The notes below the pieces were generated by a model that ran no database searches, was not told the DNA's origin, and saw only the letters and a list, made by a program, of their open reading frames with translations. Below, in pieces: positions 55,401 through 64,000 of a stretch of 64,000 nt of DNA; the stretch's first letter is position 1, and each line of letters opens with the position of its first letter. The position numbers and the translations under genes were made by a program. Origin of the DNA: Eledone cirrhosa (lineage: Eukaryota); NCBI GenBank assembly GCA_964016885.1, contig OZ024747.1:59272001-59336000 (forward strand), given 5' to 3'.

Positions 55401-55869
55401 ATTTCGTTTTAGGTATACAAAATAGGGCACTTAAAAGAAAATGAATTGTGAACCAATCAATAAATATTGAAGTTCAGATTTTAGATTAATTGTGACGTTG
55501 CATTTAATTGTGGGGGTATATTTCGTTTTAGGTATACAAAATAAGACACTTAAATGGATATGAATTAAAGTAAGGTGTGTGAACCTAACAATAAATGAAG
55601 CTGATTGAAATGTTTAAATTTGAGCGAAGTCTTAGGCAAGGTTTTTCTTTTCTTTCTTATCTAGAACTCCAACTGCCGGGCTTTATTACACTAACCTATT
55701 GGTGACAACAGTTGACCACAAACAGTCTGTCCTGAGAAAGAAAGTAGGTATCGATGAAAAGGTTTCTCAAATACATTGAACACATGGCATTTGTGGTCCC
55801 GGTTATTAATAAAGTACCTGGGGTTAATTGCTGGCCTTGTGCCAAAAGTAGAAACAATTATTATATAAA

Positions 55870-56080
55870 AGGGCGGTGGATTTCCAGATTCGGTAGAGCG
55901 CCGGACACCATGATTAAAGTTATGGTCCTTTACGTTCTGAGTTCAAATCCCGCCGATATTAGCTTTGCCTTTCATCCTTACTGGGTCAATAAAATATACC
56001 ACCAGTAATGCACTGGGGTAGATTTAATCGACTTTCCCCTCCCCAAAAATTGTCTGCCTTGTGCCTATAGTAGAAACAAT
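55870..56080 (+). mobile_element. tRNA-derived SINE, long subfamily, preceded by a SINE 3' fragment (55800-55862)
   Basis: Family consensus match. Confidence 0.85.
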
Positions 56081-56512
56081 TATTATACAAGAGATTCACA
56101 AATTATTCTATGTAAAACAATTTATAGACTTTTATTATATCACCCATACATGTTTAGCAAAACCGCAATACCATTCATTCCACTTACAATATCGTGAAAT
56201 ATCGTAGTTTATCGCCTCCTATGAAAATTTGGTTAATTGCACACTCCAGCTAAATGCATACGAATTTCAATTGCGAATGTAAACATGAGCAAGAGAAGCG
56301 ATAAACCAGTGGTTTCCAGCAATAAAATAACATGTGTAGTATTTGTTCCACCCGAGTTACATAAATGTGCCTATCTTATTCTTGTAGATCATACATGTAA
56401 TGAAGCAGAGATTGGAGCCATGAAGAACTCTAACTAACTGCGCTATTGTAGACAAATCGTGACATAAATAAAAACATATGCGCACACACACTCACACACA
56501 CACAGAGACACT

Positions 56513-56545
<33 letters not shown>

Positions 56546-56599
56546 TTCCATCCACCATCATTCGCAATCACGAAATGCAATGTCCCCCCCCCCTCATGT

Positions 56600-56646
<47 letters not shown>

Positions 56647-56951
56647 TCTCACTCCTGCCTGTTGTCTGTCTCTCCCTCGCTCTCTCTCACTCTCTCTCTC
56701 TCTCACTCTCTCTCACTCCTGCCTGTTGTCTGTCTCTCCCTCGCTCTTTCTCTCTCTCTTTCACCCTCTCTCACCCCTCCCTCCTGCCTGTTGTCTGTCT
56801 GTATTAACACCAACACACCACCAATACCTCACACTTGACATCTGTTTCAAGCACAGATGATCTCAGTTTTTGTCTCCACAGGAAGAACACGGTCTAGTTC
56901 ACACAGAGCGGGGACGGGCGTACTGGGGCATATAGACAGATACATAGACAT

Positions 56952-56994
<43 letters not shown>

Positions 56995-59778
56995 TGTTTC
57001 TTTATTAGCCACAGGGGCACAAAAGAAGGGGACAAATACAAAGGGGGAAGTTTACATACAATAAAAACGTGTAAAATATTATCACAAATGCAATTTAAAA
57101 ATTAGAAGATTTTCCCCAATAGGGGGAGACATTACATATGGGTAACACATACCCCCGAAAAAAAATGTGCAACCCTCATCTCCAGGACTCCAGGAGTACG
57201 AAGAGTTTGTACTCCTTTCCTCTCCTCCTCTTTTTCCTCAACCTACAGGCTGATATAGTGAGGTCCGGACCAAACCAGACCCCGAGCAGTTTTACCGGTC
57301 CTTCCGTCCAGCGTCCGACGACGCCATCGGAAGGCATCAGTTTGCCTCTCCACGATCCGAGTTGCAAACCGATGGACTTGTCCCGGTTCAGCTTCGCTCC
57401 TGTGAACCTTTCGTATTCCTTCAGTAAGGTGCCGATTTCCTCTATTTGCGAGGCGCTCGACACCATTACTGTCACGTCGTCGGCGTAGGCCGACGTCGCT
57501 TTCCGCAGTCCCGGTTCCAGAGGGATGCCCTGCAATAGCTCCAACTTCCGCAGTAGTGGCTCGAGAGTCAGTACGTACAGAAGGGAGGAGAGAGGGCATC
57601 CCTGTCGAATGGATCGCGTGATATGGAATGGCACCGAGAGGTAGCCGTTCACCTTGACCCTTGAGCAGATGTTGCTGTTGTGTACTGCAGCAATCCAGCC
57701 CCTGAACACGGGTCCGAAGCCTGCCGCCTCGAGCACCGCATCCAGGTAACGATGGTCAACCTTATCGAAAGCCTTAGACTGATCCAAGTTGATCAGGGCC
57801 CCACCGAAGCTGGGTTTACACCCTACCCTCTCTATGATGTATCGCACGAGGTGGAGGTTGTCGTGTATGGACCTGGTCGGGATTGCGCATGTCTGCGCTT
57901 CTCCCACCAGGTTTTCGACGACAAGCGCCAGCCTCTTTGCCAACACATTGGCCAAAATCTGTAACTCTGTGTTTAGCAGAGTTATGGGCCGGAAGTTGCC
58001 TATGTCATCCCCCTTATTCTCGTCCTTCCTGACTCGTGTGACTACGCCCCTGGTCGCAGAACTGGGAATTCTCCCGTTCTATCACCAGTTGCAGTAGACC
58101 GCTTCCAGGAGACCGGAGAATAAGTCCAGCATTGCTACGTAAAATTCGTAGGGTAGACCGTCGAGACCGGGAGATTTGCGTTTGCCGCATTGGCTCAGCG
58201 CGTCCCCTATCTCAGCGCGTCCCCTACCATAGCCCCTCCCGGCGCGCCGCCCTGCCCGAACAGTTGAGCAAAGTGCCGCACACATCTGCTTCGGCTCACG
58301 TATCACGCGTTCGTTTTGGTCCTTCAAAGACCGAATCGTGGACTTGTTGCCACTTTTTGCCTCTGTCACTCGGGCCCAGCTAACAGCTTTGGCTCCCTCG
58401 TTTCTCAGAGCACGTGTTTTGCTTCTGACAACGCAGCCCTCATGCTTTGCGTCGAAGAACTGGTCCAAGGCCGTTCTCGTTGCTAGCACGCTGGCTACGT
58501 TGCCACTTCTAATTGCCTCTTCTACTTTATCTACCAGTTCTTTCTCGCTTCTATTTCTATCTAATGCTAATTCTTTACTAAAAGCTAACGAGTCTAATCT
58601 AACTGCCCTCTTGAGAGAGTACCACCATCTGTTGTTGACAATGGCCCCTATCAAGTGCTGTTTAACTAAAGTGCTAATCCGTCTACTGTAGGCTTTGCAT
58701 GTCGGTAACGACAAGTTCAGCTTCCAGTAGCCAGGCCCTTATCTATGGGTTCTATCAAGGTTGACCATGCAGGTCACTAGTTTGTGATCCAAATAGGCAA
58801 CCATGAACATTTGTGGACAGCTTAACATGTCCCTATCCTTATTTCTAACTAGAACCCTATCTAGGTACGATCTAGATGTTCCGCTGAGATTAGTCCACGT
58901 CCACAGTGGCACAGTCGAAAAATCTAGTCGATATCTATCAGCCAGGTCAAATCAGCCGATTAACTGTTTCAGGCTGTTACACCCCTCTTTATCGGGACAT
59001 GCTCCCACATAGTCCCAACGTGCATCTAGGATTCCATTCCAGTCCCCCACTAAAAGCAAGGAGTGGGACGTTCCCAGAAAAGTCTCTAGACGTTTGAAGA
59101 AGTCTGGCCGCGGTGTCCCGCATGGGGCATATGCGGCCACCAGCCTGAAGGCTCCACCTTCACTACCGGCAACGTCTAGGACCACCAGTCGACCCTCCGG
59201 GTCCAGATGTACCGTCTGTGTTACGAGGTCCAGGTGTTTCCGCAGCAAAACGGCAACCCCGCCCCCACCCCCCGGCCGACAGAGAGATGCGTAGATCTCA
59301 AAGTCATCGAAGATAGGGGCCAGCTGTCTCTCGCTGTGGATCCTGGACTCGCAAATGGCTACTACATCCATATTGTGCAACCTGAGGTCGTTTAAGAGTT
59401 TGCCCTGTTTCCAGGGCATCCCCTGGCCGCGTACATTCACACATCCAACTCTTATATTGGCCATGTTGGTTCTGAAAAGTTAAAAGAGAAGAAGAAAACA
59501 CTCAGCTCTTCGTCTCCCGGGGATCAGGCCGCACGGTTTCCATGGGGGTATTAGAGGGGTTGTCTGGGTGGGTGGTGGTTTCCGGCGGGGTGGGGACGGA
59601 GATGTTTGGTGGGGTGGGGTTGTCTGGGGTGAGGGTGAGGAAACTTTTTAAAAGGACGCGGTTAATGGGTTTAACACAAGGATTACCCACGTCCTTAGGA
59701 ATGTTTTCCTTTAAAGACTTATAGGTGTCCGTAAGGACCCTAATCATCTTTAAATTAGGTTTGTCTACACAGTTCGAA
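56995..59778 (-). mobile_element. Decayed Tx1-clade (L1 group) LINE: ORF1 end, APE endonuclease, RT, internal deletion, 3' UTR
   Basis: ORF2 from 59464: VNVRG, VVAICES, LLVGDWN, SYLDRVLV, DHKLV, GPGYWKLN, KSPGLDG, NFRPITLLN, QTCAIP, DQSKAFD, RQGCPLS, YADD; several frameshifts; AATAAA then (TATC)n. Confidence 0.92.
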
Positions 59779-59825
59779 ACAGATAGATAGATAGATTTCT
59801 ATATTTTTTAATTAAACACAACGGC

Positions 59826-59945
59826 AAGTTTCTACTTTTGACACAAGGCCAGCGATTACCCCAGTGCACCACTGGTACTTTATTTTATCGACCTCGTAAG
59901 GATGAAAGGCAAAGTTAACCTCGGCGGATTTGAACTCAGAACGCA
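59826..59945 (-). mobile_element. 5'-truncated SINE
   Basis: Family consensus match. Confidence 0.85.
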
Positions 59946-60133
59946 AAGAGGCATACATACATACATACATACATACATACATACATACATACATGAATAC
60001 ATATGTACACATACACATATATACATAAATGAATACATATGTACTCATACACATACACATATATACATACATACATACATACATACATACATACATACAT
60101 ACATACATACATACATACATACATACATACATT

Positions 60134-60547
60134 TATAACAAAATACTGGTGTGTATGAATATAACAAAGATGCTAGGTTTTGTATATAACGTTTAATTAA
60201 CAAGTTGAGGTTATGTAGAACAGTATAGTTGACATGTCAATGAGTAGTAGATGAAAGAATGAAGTAAAGTTATTTGTTACCGTTTTGAAATTAGCTCGCA
60301 AGAGGCCATGTTAGGGTTGCCAGACGAACGCGCCTGGCCGAAGAGCCAGGCAGGTTAGAAGGCCAGGAGCCGAAAGGCAAATGAGAGAGAGAGAGCTGAA
60401 AGTTATTCCCTTTATAGGTCCTGGGACGGAAGTGATAAAAAGGGCTCTGCCACCCCAACGGGAAGCAACTCCAGCTACTTCCTGTCTAGAGATCGTTACT
60501 CTATTGGTGATGTGATCGTCACAACAAGGGAGGCAACTCTTTCTACA
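60134..60547 (-). mobile_element. Probable solo LTR (Gypsy-like)
   Basis: Minus strand TGTAGAAAA...TTTTGTTATA, 4-bp TSD CATT, internal CCAAT, TATAAA and ATTAAA. Confidence 0.55.
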
Positions 60548-60559
60548 CATTCATACATG

Positions 60560-60980
60560 CATCTGCAGATACTCCACCCTGATTACACCTTCAGATTTAT
60601 GCCTGTGATTATTTGGGGCACTGGAGTATGTTAGTAACTGCCTCAATACAAATATTGAGAAGCTAGGCTTCACAGGAACAGGAAATTACAAGTACAATCC
60701 ATTGATGGAACAGTAAAAATATGTAAAACATTCCAAAAATGTTGCATCTAATAACTGCATATACACATGTACAGATACGAAGCATATACACATGTACACA
60801 TACAACTCAAAACATGCACATCCACACATACAATAACATCCATATCTACACATGCATGTATGCATACATAATCTACCTAGTTGATGTTGTGTAAATTCCA
60901 ATGAGAGAGTCTTGTGTCTATGTTAGAAACCGACTCTCTCTCTATTGGTAAAACTTTGTGAAATTATAAAACCAGAAGAA
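60560..60980 (+). mobile_element. 3' end of an R4-like LINE in (CATA)n
   Basis: FMPVIIW-GALEYV...GTVKICKTFQK; 3' UTR shared with 30880-31100. Confidence 0.75.
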
Positions 60981-61155
60981 CATATATACATACATACATA
61001 CATACATACATACATACATACATACATACATACATACATACATACATACATACATACATGATGGCTGCCCCCTCGTCATCGAGGATGGCCATTGCACAAG
61101 AAAAAAAAAATAAAATAAATAAATAAATAGATAAATAAATAAATAAATAAAATAA

Positions 61156-61213
<58 letters not shown>

Positions 61214-61215
<2 letters not shown>

Positions 61216-64000
61216 TCTCAAAAACATTATCATCACAAACAAACTAAGCATTACTGACTTAAATCATCTCTATTATGCATCGGCTAAAGTCACCACTCAC
61301 TTATGTGGAGTGAAGATGAAAAAACAAAGGAATTCCCACAAGAAATCTACTTGGCAAGATAACATCAATCGCCAAATAAACCTTCTCCGATCTGACATAG
61401 AAATTTTAACAAACTATAAAGTAGGTGAACATGTTAAACAAACTAAACTTAGAAAATTGAAAAAAAAGTACAGTATAAGATCAACATGTGACATAGACAT
61501 GCTGATAGAAACAATCAAGCAAAAAGTGTCGGCCAAAGCTGCTCGTATAAGGCGCTTTGAAAAACGATCTAGATTCTATAAGGACAATAATATGTTCAAA
61601 AACAACCAAAGAAACTTCTACAGAAAAATTGGTAAGTCAACAATAACTGCTAAATCAATACCACCCAAGGAGGAAGTGCAAGAATTCTGGGAAAAGATCT
61701 GGGCCGAAGAAAAAGTTCATAACATACATGCCCCATGGATAGACAGACAAATGAAAGAAACAGCTCACCTTGAAGAACAAACATGGGAAAATATAACAGT
61801 TGAACAGCTGCGCTTGGCTCTAAGAAAAACCAGCAAATGGAAATCCCCAGGAAAAGACAAAATACAAAACTTTTGGATAAATGCCTTCACAGAGTCTCAT
61901 GAGCTGTTAGCCCAACTTTACAATGAAATAGTTAAGGAGCCAGAAAAGATACCATCATGGCTAGTTAACGGCATTACATTCCTGCTACCGAAGAATGATG
62001 AGACAAACAATCCCAAAAATTACAGACCGATAACCTGCTTGACCACAATGTATAAAATTTTAACATCAGTCCTAACTGAATACACATATGACCACCTGAT
62101 AACAAATGACCTATTTCCCATTGAGCAGAAAGGGTGTAAACGAGGCTCATATGGCTGTAAGGATCAGCTTCTGGTTAACAAAATGATACTGGAAGATTGT
62201 CATAATAGACACAAAAATCTATCGATTGCTTGGATAGATTATAAAAAAGCATTTGATAGTTTGCCACACAGTTGGATTGAAAAATGTTTAGAGATTTTCA
62301 AAATATCCCCCGTTATCAGGAGGTTTTTGTCATTCGGTATGAGGACATGGAGAACGACACTCCTTTTGAATAGTGAAACAAAATCACTGGAAGCTGGAGA
62401 AGTTAACATTAATTGTGGAATTTTTCAGGGTGACTCTTTATCACCGCTTTTATTCTGCATCGCACTTATACCATTAAGTAAAATGCTCAATGAAACAAAA
62501 CATGGATATAGAGTCTATGACAAAACCATTAATCACCTGTTCTACATGGATGACCTGAAACTATTTGCAAAAAATGATGAACAATTGCAAGGGCTATTAT
62601 CCACTGTGAAGCAGTTCAGTGATGACATTAAAATGGAGTTTGGACTGGATAAATGCGCCAAAGCAACGTTCACCAGAGGAAAGCTGCTGAAGAGTTCAGA
62701 CATTAATCTTGATCGGGGGAACGTGATAAGAGAGCTTGATCAAGAACAAACTTACAAATATCTAGGTGTTTGTGAAGGAGACGGAATCAAGCACTCGACA
62801 ATGAGGGAAAGGATAAGGAAGGAATGTTACCGCAGAGTAAGAGCAATCTTAAGAACGGAATTGAATGCAAGGAATAGGATCGATGCCATAAACACGCTTG
62901 CCATACCAGTAGTAACCTACAGTTACAATGTCATCAACTGGTCAAGCACAGAGATCCGTAGGCTCGATACAAAAATCCGAAAATTCTTAACCATGCACAG
63001 AATGCATCACCCTAAGGCAGACATAGATAGAATATATCTCCCTAGGAAAGAAGGAGGACGTGGGTTAATCCAGTTAGACATTGCGTTGAAAACTGCAACA
63101 ATTGGATTATCCACATATCTAAGGGAATCACATGATTGGATGATCAAACTCGTTTTGAAACACGAAAGCACCAAAAGATCATATTCCATTACAAAAGATG
63201 CACAAAGATACAGTAATGGACTACAAATTTCAGAAGTCCCATTTACTGCTGAAATGGAAAACACAGAAAAAGCAAAGCAGGTAAAAGTAACTGCAAAGAA
63301 AGAACTGCTACAGAAACTGGCTAAGAAATGGCAAGAAAAGCCTCTGTATGGAAAATACCCAGAGCGAGCTAACAATCCTGATGTTGACAAAACTTTAACC
63401 CATCAGTGGTTGGCATCCTCTGGACTGAAATCGGAGACTGAAGGACTGATTATATCCGCACAAGATCAGTGTCTGCCAACAAAAAATTACCAAGCCAACA
63501 TAATAAAAAATGGGTGCAGCCCATTATGCCGTGTATGCAAAAAACAACCAGAGACCATTGACCATATAATTTCAATGTGCAGTCCTATAGCTCCAACCGA
63601 ATACCTAAACAGGCATGACAGAGCTGCACAATACATACATTGGATAATGTGCAAGCATTTTGACCTGCCCCATCAAAAGAATTGGTGGGAGCATCAACCA
63701 CCTCCCATACTTGAAAAAGATCACATCTCAATCTTGTGGAACTTTAGCATTCAAACAGACCGAAAAATAGATGCAAATAGACCTGATATAATATTGAAGG
63801 ACTTTCAAAGGAGGGTATGCCTGCTAATTGATATGTCTGTTCCAATAGACAAGAATGTATCTATAAAAACATTTGAAAAATTGAGCAAGTATAAGGACCT
63901 GGAGATAGAAATTGGAAAAATGTGGAAATTGAGAACTAAAACAATACCAGTGGTTGTAGGCGCTCTGGGAATGATACCTAAGGGGTCTAACGACTACTTA
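61214..64000 (+). mobile_element. Dong/R4-clade non-LTR retrotransposon, 5'-truncated, adjoining (TAA)n; runs off the window
   Basis: See the CDS entry; begins directly after (TAA)n at 61155-61213. Confidence 0.92.
61316..64000 (+). CDS. RT + CCHC + restriction-like endonuclease polyprotein (absent from the ORF track because there is no stop in the window)
   Basis: One frame: WKSPGKD, NYRPITCL, EQKGC, CKDQL, WIDYKKAFDS, GIFQGDSLSP, HLFYMDDL (62543), YKYLG, GGRGL, AQDQ, CRVC..ETIDHIISMC, RHD (63611), RPD (63779), IDMSVP, KYKDL. Confidence 0.9.
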   Translation, partial: MKKQRNSHKKSTWQDNINRQINLLRSDIEILTNYKVGEHVKQTKLRKLKKKYSIRSTCDIDMLIETIKQKVSAKAARIRRFEKRSRFYKDNNMFKNNQRNFYRKIGKSTITAKSIPPKEEVQEFWEKIWAEEKVHNIHAPWIDRQMKETAHLEEQTWENITVEQLRLALRKTSKWKSPGKDKIQNFWINAFTESHELLAQLYNEIVKEPEKIPSWLVNGITFLLPKNDETNNPKNYRPITCLTTMYKILTSVLTEYTYDHLITNDLFPIEQKGCKRGSYGCKDQLLVNKMILEDCHNRHKNLSIAWIDYKKAFDSLPHSWIEKCLEIFKISPVIRRFLSFGMRTWRTTLLLNSETKSLEAGEVNINCGIFQGDSLSPLLFCIALIPLSKMLNETKHGYRVYDKTINHLFYMDDLKLFAKNDEQLQGLLSTVKQFSDDIKMEFGLDKCAKATFTRGKLLKSSDINLDRGNVIRELDQEQTYKYLGVCEGDGIKHSTMRERIRKECYRRVRAILRTELNARNRIDAINTLAIPVVTYSYNVINWSSTEIRRLDTKIRKFLTMHRMHHPKADIDRIYLPRKEGGRGLIQLDIALKTATIGLSTYLRESHDWMIKLVLKHESTKRSYSITKDAQRYSNGLQISEVPFTAEMENTEKAKQVKVTAKKELLQKLAKKWQEKPLYGKYPERANNPDVDKTLTHQWLASSGLKSETEGLIISAQDQCLPTKNYQANIIKNGCSPLCRVCKKQPETIDHIISMCSPIAPTEYLNRHDRAAQYIHWIMCKHFDLPHQKNWWEHQPPPILEKDHISILWNFSIQTDRKIDANRPDIILKDFQRRVCLLIDMSVPIDKNVSIKTFEKLSKYKDLEIEIGKMWKLRTKTIPVVVGALGMIPKGSNDYL

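Noticed and set aside
63007-63390. Minus-strand 127-aa ORF
   Set aside because: Antisense shadow of the Dong/R4 ORF

Overview
Eukaryotic, very microsatellite-rich, AT-rich DNA. The SINE complement suggests an octopus or other coleoid cephalopod (inference). Nearly all ORFs in the supplied track are translations of simple repeats. One real host gene is visible on the minus strand: a Myb/SANT-domain, MSANTD4/NAIF1-like gene with coding exons at about 40263-39076 and 14125-13398, whose coiled-coil tail is broken by two single-base insertions. The remainder is transposons: about 15 tRNA-derived SINE copies, an uninterrupted but 5'-truncated Dong/R4-type LINE ORF, a decayed Tx1-type LINE, CRE, RTE and R4-like 3' fragments, a probable solo LTR, MITEs and minisatellites. 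The main hidden signal is a dense set of about 20 full, partial or decayed type I hammerhead ribozyme motifs in at least five families. They sit in short non-coding Penelope-pLTR/retrozyme-like units (TATA - hammerhead - often AATAAA) embedded in (TA)n. They include a family with a ~60-nt extended stem II, a U3-A8 compensatory core variant, and recurrent fold-back hairpins centred at the ribozyme. A second theme is that each retroelement clade occupies its own microsatellite: (TAA)n, (CATA)n, (GATA)n or (TA)n. All structure calls were made by eye, and no activity is demonstrated.
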